Notes: generated by a model from the sequence alone, not told the origin. Shown: positions 26,735 through 40,030, numbered from the stretch's first letter. The stretch: DNA of 64,000 bases from Chrysomallon squamiferum (GCA_012295275.1 CM022677.1:16864001-16928000), one strand, 5' to 3'. Program-made: numbers and translations.

Positions 26735-27125
26735 TTAATCTTCTGGGTTTGTGAATTATTGCCCTCTTTCTCGAATCCATTAAGTTGATACCCATTTAGA
26801 GCCTATAAGAACAGGACAAGCTGGATGACCTACTATAAAATGAGGCAACCATTTCAATGGAAATAATAACAAAAGACCCAGCTGTACATTCTTATTCGGA
26901 AAAACTGTTGCATCTCCTTTCACGGTAGTCATGTAGTTTAACAATTCTGTTTCCATGTGTTAAAATTTAAAGACCTCTTGAGTCAGTATAGTCCCCATGA
27001 TGCTATACTATCCACCTATTCCATCGTTTGCCACCTGAAGTGGTTAAGCATATTTCATAAAGAGGCCCGTGACTGCATCAATTCTATTTCGAATTTTCGA
27101 ATCTCATTCCGTATCAGTCAGATAT
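26735..27125 (-). pseudogene. P4HA catalytic (2OG-Fe(II) oxygenase) domain pseudogene, intronless
   Basis: IRNRIDAVTGLFMKYA*PLQVANDGIGG*Y, HGNRIV, YMTTVKGDATVF, HPACPVLIGSKWVST*WIRERGQ*FTNP; several stops and frameshifts. Confidence 0.92.
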
Positions 27126-27296
27126 AAAAAAAATGCAAAATAATAATAATAATAATTAAAAAAAAAAAAAAATAATAAATAAAGAAAAAAAAAAAATAAT
27201 AATAATAATCATAATTCGGGATGATTTCAAAGTAGCACAGAAAATGTTTTAGTTTCTTCAATTTCAATATCACTGATAAAATAACACACACACACA

Positions 27297-27750
27297 CAGT
27301 GGTACCTCGTGTTATGAGTGCTCCGACTTACGAGTTTTTCGAGTTACCTCGCCGTGGAAGCATCTGTTTTGAATTGTGCTCGCGTTTTATGCAGTATTTT
27401 GCCAAATTTCAATGGATCCTAAGAAAGTCAATGCAAAGGACAGTGCTGAGAAGAAGAAGCGGATGATGTCCATTGCATTAAAGCATGAAATCATAGAAAA
27501 ACATGAGTGAGGTATATATGTAGTCAACGTGGCTAGGAAGTACGAGCGTAGTACTTTCACTGTATGCACCATATTGAAGCAGAAGGAGTCAATACAGTTT
27601 ATAAGGTATTAAAATAATTACAAAACTCGGAGTTGGTTTCTGGGGGGCTGAAACGGATTAATGGTATTTCAATTATTTTCATTTGGGAAAACCGATTTGA
27701 TATACGAGCAAACTGAGTTACGAGATCGGTCACGAAAAGTCAAAGTATCT
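27297..27750 (+). mobile_element. Tigger/pogo-type internally deleted DNA transposon
   Basis: Left end CAGTGGTACCTCG; 27412-27594 encodes MDPKKVNAKDSAEKKKRMMSIALKHEIIEKHE*GIYVVNVARKYERSTFTVCTILKQKESI (CENP-B/psq HTH). The right TIR is eroded. Confidence 0.85.
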
Positions 27751-27795
27751 ATATATACATATAATTGTGTGTGTGTGTGTGTGTGTGTGTGTTTC

Positions 27796-27840
<45 letters not shown>

Positions 27841-27972
27841 TCTGTAATAAAATGTGGCTTTGTTAGAACTTCATGACAGTTTTAAATGCATATTATGGAT
27901 ATATCATTTATTCTAAATTCATATCATATCACTATTTTAAAATACTCATTCTCATGAAATACATGCATATAC

Positions 27973-28023
<51 letters not shown>

Positions 28024-28343
28024 TACACATATCCACATGCATATGTTTCCTTGTAAAATAAAAACTCAAGCAACATTTATCATGCAGCCAATTGGTCTAC
28101 TGATTCAAGTTATGAAAACTAAGAAATGAAAATAAATAACAAAAGAAAGAACAAAAAAGATAAAAAAAAATAAAATAAAAACATTCTTATACATATGAAC
28201 ATATTTCCAGGCTTTAAGAGAAAATGGGTTTACTTGTGAGTTTGTGTAGACTCTTTGGCTAAGGGAGGCAGAGGTGAAGGTCAAATCCACAAATTATACA
28301 AAGAAACAAAATGAAATAAATAAATAAATAAATAAATAAATAA

Positions 28344-28378
<35 letters not shown>

Positions 28379-28871
28379 TAATAATAATAATAAAGGACAG
28401 AAATATTGTTGGATTCTTGCTTTTCCCAGTTATGGAGAGCAGTGAACTCTAACATTTGGAGAAATATACCAATGAGAGTTTAGAGTTCCAGTGAAAGTAT
28501 GTTCCTACACCTTCAGTAAATCCTGGACTGCTTTACACAGTTGAATAATTAAAATAAAATGTCTTTAATTAAGATAGTAAGAGATGTGAGCAAAAATAGG
28601 CATCATTAAAAAAATAATAATAATAATAATAAAAAATAAATAAATAAATAAATAAATCCAGACGAGTAAGTGAAATGTGGCTAATATGGTCGAATAAGTC
28701 TTCTTTTTTTATAAATTCAATCGTTATTTGTAAATATTTATAACAATCTTCTTTCTAGGATGTTTATTTATATTATTATTTAAATGATTGTGTCTGGATC
28801 TATTTATCAGCCTATTTATGTGTTTATTTATTAATGTACAGAATATTCAAATTTTTCATACAAAATTGCAG

Positions 28872-28967
28872 GCTCTTGAAAAATGGTTAGATGAAGGGAA
28901 AGGAGAAAAGCTTCTTCCTGGACTGAACTTCACACACAAACAACTTTTCTTTGTTAGCCTTGCTCAG
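28872..28967 (+). CDS. M13 peptidase copy B exon (orphan duplicate)
   Basis: Identical to 2710-2805 with intact splice sites; no HExxH or GENIAD exon lies between copy A and this exon. Confidence 0.6.
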
Positions 28968-29185
28968 GTAAATTTCAATTCCTGTAATCTAGTTATATTT
29001 ACAAACAACTTTTCCTTCATAACTTTCAATTAGTGCAGCTATTATTTCCAACAACAACAAGAAATATTAAATAAAACAAATAACTAAATAAATAAATAAA
29101 TAAATAATAAATTCCTTGTTGGCTTTGCTCAAGTAAATTCCATTTATTCCTAGTTCTTTGTCTTCTTCTTCTTCTTCTTCTTCTT

Positions 29186-29244
<59 letters not shown>

Positions 29245-29454
29245 CGTCATCATCATCATTACTATTATTATTATTAATATTTGAGAGATAGTGCTCTTTA
29301 ACAATAAAAATGTCAGAAACAATCATAAATTTAAAGTAATCACTGCTAATAGCTGTGTATGTGTGTGTGTGTGTGTGTTTACATACATATCGGTGTGTGT
29401 GTATATGTGTGTAAATATATATATATATATATTGATTTATTTCTATTACTGAAG

Positions 29455-29531
29455 GCATGGTGTGGCAAGTTAACCAAAAACGGTGCCAAGTACCAGATAG
29501 TTGCCGATGTTCACTCTCCTAACAGATTTAG
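29455..29531 (+). CDS. M13 peptidase copy B exon
   Basis: AWCGK...VHSPNRF(R); one K>R change versus copy A; splice sites intact. Confidence 0.6.
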
Positions 29532-29594
29532 GTAAGTAATTACTAATTACAGTATATATGTTCTAGAATAATAATAATAATAATAATGAAAATG

Positions 29595-29627
<33 letters not shown>

Positions 29628-29683
29628 TAATAATGCTAATTAAACACTATTATGCAACATACTAATGGCAGTAAAGATATTCT

Positions 29684-29723
<40 letters not shown>

Positions 29724-30009
29724 TGATGATGATCATGATAATAACGAAGCTATGTTGATCGTTATATTTTTTCATTGTTTTGTTTCTTGTTATCAGTGGC
29801 TCTCCGTATTTACTTGCTTGTTTTCTTTTTTTCTTTTTTTTTTCTTTTTTTTTCTGTCTATTCTTTTGAAGGAGGGTGGTGGTTGAATTTGTTTTCTAGA
29901 TAATGGGGAAGTTATTTCATTAATATTGCTGCTGCTGTTATTACTATCTATTATCTATTATTGTTGTTATTACTGCTGTTGCTGTTGTTACTGCTATTAT
30001 TATTATTAT

Positions 30010-30062
<53 letters not shown>

Positions 30063-30174
30063 AGTTCTCGAACTATTTTTGTTACTACTATTGTCATAAT
30101 TTTTAATATCACCATCATTATCCACATTATTACATTTTGTTTTCTTCTTAGTACATATAAGTTATATTTTTCAG

Positions 30175-30274
30175 GATTCTCGGTTCAGTTTCAAACAATG
30201 AGCATTTTGCTGAACAGTTTAAGTGCCCTGTTGGTTCTCCAATGAATCCAAAAAAGGAATGTCATTTGTGGTGA
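30175..30274 (+). CDS. M13 peptidase copy B terminal exon
   Basis: [32 protein letters not shown]; I>L and E>K versus copy A. Confidence 0.6.
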
Positions 30275-31072
30275 AACGTTACTGGTGTCACAGTATGAAT
30301 GAAACATGTCTCCATAATTATGAAACCATAATTATGTGTTGTATGTTTCTGTGATATTGCTATAACTTTTGCTGTTTTTTTTTTTAAAACAAATATTTAC
30401 TGTTTTTGAAAATCCTGTGGCAGCACAAATAAACATTCTTGTTTAAAATTCTTCGTATTATTATTATTTAGTTCTGTTTGACTGACCAATGGTTATTAAT
30501 GCAAAATAATGATAACACTACTGATATAGATAAATACTGACACATGAACCTATATAATGAAAAATGAAACAAAAACCTGTGTCCTAAATAATGAAAAAAA
30601 CAACAGTCTGTGTCTTTGTTAAGAAAACATGAACCTGTCATTTGAATAAAGAAACACAGACGTGTCATGAATAATGAAAAATGGTTCTGCATCCCAAATA
30701 ACAAAATATTAATCTAAGCCTAAAACAGGGTAACATGAACATGTAATGAACTTGAACCTAAATCTTGAATAATTTTGTTTTAATATGACGTAGATACTGA
30801 CACCTGAATGTACATCTTGAATGATGAAAAAGAATGATATAGCTTTAAAAAAGAAAACAGTAACGTATATCTTTAATATGGAAAATAAAATTAGTTTGAA
30901 TAATGAAGTATTAGTCTGTCCTAAATACAGAAACCTGAACATATCTAGTAAAATGTAACGATAAAAAAAATGATGCCTTAAAAAATATAACAAGAACCTG
31001 TATTTTGAATAATTAAAAATGAACTTATATCTAGGAATGTGAAACAGAAACCTACATCTCGATTAATAAACC

Positions 31073-31882
31073 ATTAGCCTGTGTTAATAACGAAACATTA
31101 AGCTGTGTTAATAACGAAACATTAAGCTGTGTTAATAACCAGACATTAAGCTGTGTTAATAACGAAACATTAAGCTGTGTTAATAACGAAACATTAAGTT
31201 ATGTTAATAACGAAACATTAAGCTGTGTTAATAAGGAAACATTAAGCTATGTTAATAACGAAACATTAAGTTATGTTAATAACGAACCATTAAGCTGTGT
31301 TAATAATGAAACATTAAGCTGTGTTAATAAGGAAACATTAAGCTGTGTTAATAACGAAACATTAAGCTGTGTTAATAACGAAACATTAAGTTATGTTAAT
31401 AACGAAACATTAAGCTGTGTTAATAACGAAACATTAAGTTATGTTAATAACGAGACATTAAGCTGTGTTAATAACGAGACATTAAGTTATGTTAATAACG
31501 AGACATTAAGTTATGTTAATAACGAGACATTAAGCTGTGTTAATAACGAGACATTAAGTTATGTTAATAACGAAACATTAAGTTATGTTAATAACGAGAC
31601 ATTAAGCTGTGTTAATAACGAGACATTAAGCTGTGTTAATAACGAGACATTAAGTTATGTTAATAACGAAACATTAAGCTATGTTAATAAGGAAACATTA
31701 AGCTGTGTTAATAACGAAACATTAAGCTGTGTTAATAACGAAACATTAAGCTGTGTTAATAAGGAAACATTAAGCTGTGTTAATAACGAAACATTAAGCT
31801 GTGTTAATAAGGAAACATTAAGCTGTGTTAATAAGGAAACATTAAGCTGTGTTAATAACGAAACATTAAGTTATGTTAATAA
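31073..31882. repeat. 24-bp minisatellite, about 34 units
   Basis: Same unit as 4739-4924, expanded. Confidence 0.96.
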
Positions 31883-31889
31883 TTAGGAA

Positions 31890-32757
31890 CATCATTGAAC
31901 AAATGTCTTCTAAATTTTCATATCTAGGCAGATTTTAACTAATTTCACATATTTTTCGTAGATTTCTTTCATTTACAAAGCCTATTCAGTACGTCTGCAG
32001 ACGCTATATGCTGACTGAGGTTCAACACGAAACTTTAGTTTAGTGACTAAAATAATGCACTAATGGGAATCGCTATACACCACAGCGGATCATATTCTAG
32101 TTATGCATTTCCATATTTGTTGATATTAATTTTTTCTTACCTCGTTCTGGTCCAGGACCTAACACTAACTGTTCATTTGTTAGATGTAAGGCCTCTTGTA
32201 TATGTCCAACGAATTCTCCACCATGAATTGCATAGTCAAGAAGTTCTATCCTTGATACTTTATCAGTCTTTATATATATAGCATTCATTTATAAAACATT
32301 CTGCCAATTGTTTTCGCGTTTAATTTGTGTGTATTTTGATGATTAAACAGATATGCAGCCTTCTAAATCTTCGTAAGTTGGGAGAGATATTCACTAATTT
32401 CCTCTGGTTTGCATAGATATGTTTCAGAGAGATCATTTTCCTCATGTATAGGTTTTCCATCGCGATCCCAGCTCGAAGTGAAAAGTTTAATAAATAAAAA
32501 GGCACCAATCGGGTTGGCTACGTAATGATTCGGATCTTTTAAAGTCTTCAAACAGTGCTTTTCCATTTATTTATTTTCTGAAATTGTTCTGAGTTAATCT
32601 AATTTCATTACGAATTATATACACGTGAGTAATTTCTTAATACGTTAGGCAAGACTTTTCCGTAAACTACAGAGCTGTTCAGGTGTGATACAGATGAATA
32701 TAGCTCGGAATTCACAACTGATAATACAAGGAATAAAATGAAGTGTTGCCGACACAT
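31890..32757 (-). pseudogene. P4HA-like N-terminal pseudogene, duplicate
   Basis: Near-identical to 4935-5800. Confidence 0.78.
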
Positions 32758-33340
32758 GTTTTGTTCGTCGTATAAATGTGTTAAGTGAAGCGAGTTCATA
32801 ACACATTTGCTTTATGAACAGGGTTTAATGAACGGCTCTCAAAACTAACGTCAGTCAGAAGTCACAGATATGGTTAAATTACAGAACATCTAAATGTAAA
32901 TATTAATTTAGTTTATGTTGCTATTGAGGCAAGTCCATTTTCAAATTCGGTATAAAATAAACTCTATGGAAATATCTTTAAAAAATTGAAAATTGAAAAT
33001 TGTTATTAACTAGAGATGAACAGTGGGAAGCTGTATTTGGTTTGTGGTACCACAAATAAATATACAGTAAAACAACTAAAGCAAGTTTATTAGATACTGC
33101 TATCATGTTCTGACCTGTGTTTTGCTATGATAAAACTTAGTCCGGGCTCTGGTTTTGAAATCAGAAAAGCGACTATTTGAAGTAAACAAAAACACTTTGG
33201 TGAAATCTTTTTAGCTGAAGTTGCTGTTGACTACTATATTTCAATGAACTGGTTAATCTTCATTAAGATAAACCGTATTGCGTTAGTATTTACTTTAATG
33301 CTGTCTCTGAGTTAAAGATATATATTGTTTATAGGGTTGG

Positions 33341-34918
33341 TGCGTGTATGTATGCGTTGAATATTTTTATAATATATTTACATCCATACTGCAGTTACTA
33401 CTTCAATTTCTACAGCTTTCACTAACAAGGGTTATAAAAACTCAGCTACTGCATCTACTAATAATTCGTATATTACTACAACAACCATTACTATTACTAC
33501 TGCTTGAAGTGTCATGCGATTAGGTAAACTATCCCGATACAAATTACACGAAAAGACTGGTGCCCCTTCTTAGGTAATATTCTTACAGCAAAATAAAGAA
33601 ACAGTGTTCAACCTCCTTCCACATCGCTCAAATAGATGGGAACAAAGATGATTATGTGTTCTTTTAAAAGCTGCTATTGTTTTTGTTGAGTGTTAAATCG
33701 GTTCTTTGTACGAGAGTGTTAAACATGGTGGGGGTAAATGTGTTTCAGCCATTAATAGCGTGGAGTAAAAAGTCCTACGGTAGTGTCGCTCTACAAACGC
33801 CTGGCTTAAATACTAACGAGTCGCTTTTAGTTTAAGCACAGCTAGCAGGGTCAAAGTTCGATCTTTCTAACAGTGTGCATTTCGACGGTGGCAATGGCTT
33901 ATATAACAAGTTGTGTCTAAAAATGCATTTTTCTTTGCCTTCAAACTAGTTTAAATATATATATATATATATTAATAATAAATGTCCGATAATCAAAGCT
34001 ACAATCTCATAATCAAATGAAAGCTCATTCAGTTACCTTTGGTGTGCATTTGGCGTGCAACAGCTCCGCATTTGAAACTAGGACGCGCTTAGCGAAATCG
34101 CCGTAAATTACGTATTCAACAAAGCGAAATCGCTGTAGATTTTATGCACAACTAAAAGGAACTGGAGCTATTTAAAATGATTATATTTCTATGTTGATTA
34201 TATTTTTAATAACTTGTAGGCTGCATATTTTCTGACTTTTACTGTATATAATATGAATATGTTTAGAAATAAACAAATTAACATTGTGTTGTCCTCATTA
34301 CGCTCTCTTCCATTCTAAATTAGGCGATTGTTTTTGCTTTCAAAATTCTAGCGATCAATGGCGATTTAACAATCGTTAACATAACAAACTATACTACAAA
34401 ACAAAATAATGAATTCAGAATGCTGAATAGAAAACTAATCACTTTTTTAATATCATAAATACTAAAATTGATCAGTTTTATAACTTAGATTATTTTTGTT
34501 TCTTGATAAGTTCGATCAGAGAAAATTTCAACAGTAGTCAAATGATGGATAACTTTTGTTTGCAGTCAAATCACAGCAAGTACAAAGGAAAGGACACTAT
34601 TTAATATCTGCTTCAAATGACAGACGTTTAACATCTGTGTCTTTAATTGCCTTCAGTCTCCTGACTGTAAATATTTTACTGCTCCAGTTAGTACCAGCAA
34701 TACCTTTCTGGAGTAGACTTCAAGGATTAGCTGAGTTTATGTATTGCAGATTATTACAGTTAAATGTATTATAAAAATGCTGGTAGTCTTTCTAAGTAAC
34801 ATTTATATGTATATAAACTAATAATAACAACTGTAAGATCAACAATAACAACAACAACATAATAATAATGCTAATTAAACACTATTATGCAACATACTAA
34901 TGGCAGTAAAGATATCCT

Positions 34919-34953
<35 letters not shown>

Positions 34954-36689
34954 TATCGTGATCATGATGATCATGATGATCATGATAATAACGAAGCTAT
35001 GATGATCGTTGTATTTTTTCATTGTTTTGTTTCTTGTTATCAATGGCTCTTCGTATTTACTTTCTTGTTTTCTTTTTTTCTTTTTGGTTCTCTTTTTTTT
35101 CTCTCTGTTCAACGTGTGTATGTATGCGTTGAATATTTTTATAATATATTTACATCCATACTGCAGTTACTACTTCAACTTCTACAGCTTTCACTAACAA
35201 GGGTTATAAAAACTCAGCTACTGCGTCTACTAATAATTCGTATATTACTAGAACTACCACTACTAAAACTACTGCTTGAAGTGTCATGCGATTAGGTAAA
35301 CTATCCCGATACAAATTACACGAAAAGACTGGTGCCCCTTCTTAGGTAATATTCTTACAGCAAAATAAAGAAACAGTGTTCAACCTCCTTCCACATCGCT
35401 CAAATAGATGGGAACAAAGATGATTATGTGTTCTTTTAAAAGCTGCTATTGTTTTTGTTGAGTGTTAAATCGGTTCTTTGTACGAGAGTGTTAAACATGG
35501 TGGGGGTAAATGTGTTTCAGCCATTAATAGCGTGGAGTAAAAAGTCCTACGGTAGTGTCGCTCTACAAACGCCTGGCTTAAATACTAACGAGTCGCCTCA
35601 GTTTTAGTTTTAATACAGCTAGCAGGGTCAAAGTTCGATCTTTCTAACAGTGTGCATTTCGTCGCTGGCAATGGCTTATATAACAAGTTGTGTCTAAAAA
35701 TGCATTTTTCTTTGCCTTCAAACTAGTTTAAATCTATATATATTAATAATAAATGTCCGATAATAAAAGCTACAATCTCATAATCAAATGAAAGCTCATT
35801 CAGTTACCTTTGGTGTGCATTTGGCGTGCAACAGCTCCGCATTTGAAAATAGGACGAGCTTAGCGAAATCGCCGTAAATTACGTATTCAACAAAGCGAAA
35901 TCGCTGGAGATTTTATGCACAACTAAAAGGAACTGGAGCTATTTAAAATGATTATACTTCTATGTTGATTATATTTTTAATAACTTGTATGATGCATATT
36001 TCATTATATCTTCTGACTTTTACTGCATATAATATGAATATGTTTAGAAATAAACAAATTCACATTGTGTTCTCCTGATTACGCTCTCTTCCGTTCTAAG
36101 ATAGGCGATTGTTTTGCTTTCAAAATTCTAGCGATCAATGGCGATTTAACAATCGTTAACATAACAAACTATACTACATAACAAAATAATGAATTCAGAA
36201 TGCTGAATAGAAAACTAATCACTTTTTTAATACTAAAATTGATCAGTTTTAAAACTTAGATTATTTTTGCTTCTTGATAAGTTCGATCAGAGAAAATTTC
36301 AACAGTAGTCAAATGATGGATAACTTTTGTTTGCAGTCAAATCACAGCAAGTACAAAGGAAAGAACACTATTTAATATCTGCTTCAAATGACAGACGTTT
36401 AACATCTGTGTCTTTAATTGCCTTCAGTCTCCTGACTGTAAATATTTTACTGCTCCAGTTAGTACCAGCAATACCTTTCTGGAGTAGACTTCAAGGATTA
36501 GCTGAGTTTATGTATTGCAGATTATTACAGTTAAATGTATTATAAAAATGCTGGTAGTCTTTCTAAGTAACATTTATATGTATATAAACTAATAATAACA
36601 ACTGTAAGATCAACAATAACAACAACAACATAATAATAATGCTAATTAAACACTATTATGCAACATACTAATGGCAGTAAAGATATTCT

Positions 36690-36755
<66 letters not shown>

Positions 36756-37612
36756 GTAATAATAATAATAATGATCGTGATCATGATGATCATGATAATA
36801 ACGAAGCTATGATGATCGTTATAATGTTTCATTGTTTTGTTTCTTGTTATCAATGGCTCTTCGTATTTACTTTCTTGTTTTCTTTTTTTTTTTTTTTTTT
36901 TTTTTTTTTCTCTCTATTCAACGGGTGTATGTATACGTTGAATATTTTTATAATATATTTACATGCATACTGCAGTTACTACTTCAACTTCTACAGCTTT
37001 CACTAACATAGGTTATAAAAACTCAGCTACTGCATCTACTAATAATTCGTATATTACTACAACTACCACTACTAATACTACTGCTTGAAGTGTCATGCGA
37101 TTAGGTAAACTATCCCGATACAAATTACACGAAAAGACTGGTGTCCCTTTTTAGGTAATATTCTTACAGCAAAATAATGAAACAGTGTTCAACCTCCTTC
37201 CACATCGCTCAAATACGTGGGAACAAAGATGATTATGTGTTCTTTTAAAAGCTGCTATTGCTTTTGTTGACTGTTAAATCGGTTCTTTGTACGAGAGTGT
37301 TAAACATGGTGGGGGTAAATGTGTTTCAGCCATTAATAGCGTGGAGTAAAAAGTCCTACGGTAGTGTCGCTCTACAAACGCCTGGCTTAAATACTCACGA
37401 GTCGCTTTTAGTTTAAGGACAGCTAGGAGGGTCAAAGTTCGATCTTTCTAACAGTGTGCATTTCGTCGCTGGCAATGGCTTATATCACAAGTTGTGTCTA
37501 AAAATGCATTTTTCTTTGCCTTCAAACTAGTTTTAAAAAAAACATATATATATATATATATATATATATTAATAATAAATGTCCGATAATACAATCTCAT
37601 AATCAAATGAAA
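33341..37612. repeat. ~1.77 kb tandem repeat (about 2.4 units) carrying P4HA relics at ~33501-34770, 35273-36540 and 37082-37600 (- strand)
   Basis: Equivalent ORF starts at 34556 and 36327; same unit as 6466-11955. Confidence 0.93.
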
Positions 37613-38727
37613 GCAGATAAACATATAGAGAATCTATGTTTTTCTGTATAAAGCTATGATTAAATCTAAAGTATATTCCAAAAACAGATATTAAACTATT
37701 GAGCTATGTACGAGTTAACTCCCCTACAATTAAAAAAAAAAGAAAAGAAAAGAAAGTGAAGTTTTAGTTAAAATCTAATCATAACCGTGACTTCAAAACT
37801 AATTCTAACATGAATAAAACAATAACCTTAGCTTGAGTTATAATAGTTAATATTATCAGTGCATAACACAGCCGTATCTTGACAAAACGATTTTGTCGAA
37901 TGTGATGTCAGTACCTTAATGCTAACCCTTCAAAAGACTAATCCTAAGTCGTAGCAAATTGTCAACAAATCATCTGTCAGTACGAAATAAGAACATTTAT
38001 TCACCATCACGTACATAATTTGTAAAATATACAGCAAAACAGAAATCCGACAAAGAAAGAAGAAAATAAAAATACGAAGCATTAATAAATAAATAAATAG
38101 CGAGAGAGATTTTATGAAGCACAGAATACAGACATGATGTACAGTGTTGTACAATCTATTCAATGCCTCTGCTTGCATATTTCTCGATACAACCATTACT
38201 CTTGTCTACTTGATTAAACTGCTAATTTTACTTTTACCAGTTTTTCTTTTAGGAGCTGATGTATTGTTTCCTGTCTCAAGAGAGGAAAGAAAAAGATAAG
38301 AGAAAACTGAGAAAAAATATACTTCACAAATGTATTCGTGTACCTGTACATATTTTACATTTTAGACAATTCAAACACAAAAATATATGAAGCAAAGGAT
38401 CCAATAAAGTAAAGGATAAAATTACAAACAGGTATATAATTTGTTTATATTATATTCAGATATTAATACATTTCTTTTATTATATGACAGTTTGAAAAAT
38501 AATAAATTGATAAGTTGATAAATCAATAAATAAATAAATGAGATGTTTATAAACATTTTCCACGTATCTGTTTGGTAGATATCAGTCCATTAGAAAGAAA
38601 AGTTTCAAATCAAATCAAGTGTGTATGACGTCATCCTGCTGTCTGACATTATCAGTAACACAAAACGTAAAGCAAATATAAAGAATAAATAAATAAAACA
38701 GAAAAGTAACAAAAAAACAACAACATA

Positions 38728-39777
38728 TTACTCCAGTGAAGCCTCAAGTTTGCAAGGTATTTTTTCTTGCACTAAAAATACCAAAGCAGGTATTTGTCCT
38801 CGTGTCACATCTGTACGAAGTCTTCTTGTACTGTGCTGAGATGGCGTTGACTCAGAAAAGCTACAAACAAAAGAGTCAACTTCAATTTCTGGTTTACCAT
38901 CAGTTCCATACCATGTGTCTCTATGACATCTTTCTCCTCCAGTAATAGTAACATGCAAGCTGTACTGAGTGTCTTTAATAATCTCCAGTGGACATCTGAA
39001 CACGACATCATACTCTCCAGAAACGTCTTCATATCTCTGATTCAGTTCAGACCCGTCAAGTATTTCGTCTGTTCTTTTGTCTGTGACGAAGACTCTGACG
39101 TCGTAGTTTTGTGGATTACCGTAATTGTACAGCCGAAATCCAACAAGCTGAGCGTTTTTGTTTACTGAGAAAGTAATGGTTTCATCCTCTTCATCAGAAA
39201 TTGACCAGGAACCATGTATTATTCCATCGAACCGCTTTATTGTAATCTGTTTTTTAGGAATAACTGCAGCTCTCTTTTTGGGGTTAAAAGGTAAACCACC
39301 TATACCAGTCTTCACCCAGTGTTTCAAAATTGTGTATTCTTCTGTCTCAGTGAGTATGTGAGTGGGTGTCACGTGTTCTACAAAATACATCTGATTGAGT
39401 AATGGATAACGCACGTGCATGACGACCTCTCCCAGTAATCTACGTCTGATTTCTCCACTCGTCTCTATTCTTCGTTTCCTGCACGCGCTGTCAGCCCACT
39501 TCACAGCGGCTTCAAAAACATTTTTCTCATCTGCTTTCAGTTCGTCTGATCGTACGATCTCAACCAGACATTCGTGACAAAGATAGGTTACTTCATCCGA
39601 CTTCAAAACTTCGTCGCCATTTTCCAAAATGTAAAGCAGAGCTTTTTTTCTTAGATCATATTCACCAGACACATGAGCTTGTTCCAGCACGACGCATGCA
39701 TTCTTTGGCAACAACGACTCCTCCAAATATCTCCGCTCTTCTTGTGTTGTGATAAAGTACGTCCTTGGTAGAGACAT
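38728..39777 (-). CDS. BTB gene 2 terminal exon: intact BACK + PHR domains
   Basis: 349-aa ORF with LCHECLVEIVRSDELKADEKNVFEAAVKWA...LLGEVVMHVRYPLL (BACK) and TITFSVNK..LVGFRLY...TDVTRGQIPALVF (PHR). The ancestral acceptor is mutated acacag>acacat near 39809; an in-phase cryptic caag| acceptor precedes 39763. Confidence 0.85.
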   Translation of the reverse strand: MSLPRTYFITTQEERRYLEESLLPKNACVVLEQAHVSGEYDLRKKALLYILENGDEVLKSDEVTYLCHECLVEIVRSDELKADEKNVFEAAVKWADSACRKRRIETSGEIRRRLLGEVVMHVRYPLLNQMYFVEHVTPTHILTETEEYTILKHWVKTGIGGLPFNPKKRAAVIPKKQITIKRFDGIIHGSWSISDEEDETITFSVNKNAQLVGFRLYNYGNPQNYDVRVFVTDKRTDEILDGSELNQRYEDVSGEYDVVFRCPLEIIKDTQYSLHVTITGGERCHRDTWYGTDGKPEIEVDSFVCSFSESTPSQHSTRRLRTDVTRGQIPALVFLVQEKIPCKLEASLE

Positions 39778-39959
39778 CAGACAGATTACGTCATCCGTAA
39801 ACAGATATATGTGTAAAACAATGCATAGTAAGATTTTAAAACGAGAGATAATTATGGGAGATTAATTAATTAGAAAATAATTAGATTACCAACAAAAATT
39901 GTATTGTTCATGTCTGTATGTATTTCTCTCTTCCTCACTGTTTTCGTATCTGTGTTTCC

Positions 39960-39996
<37 letters not shown>

Positions 39997-40030
39997 CTAC
40001 AAATAGTACTAATAATAATACTTCACATAC

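Noticed and set aside
28200-28520. Exon-like segments upstream of M13 copy B
   Set aside because: The AG/GT-flanked segment at ~28430-28496 has stops in all three frames, and no M13 or other motif is recognisable.
31073-31882. CRISPR-like regular short repeats
   Set aside because: Head-to-tail 24-mers with no unique spacers, no cas genes and a eukaryotic context.
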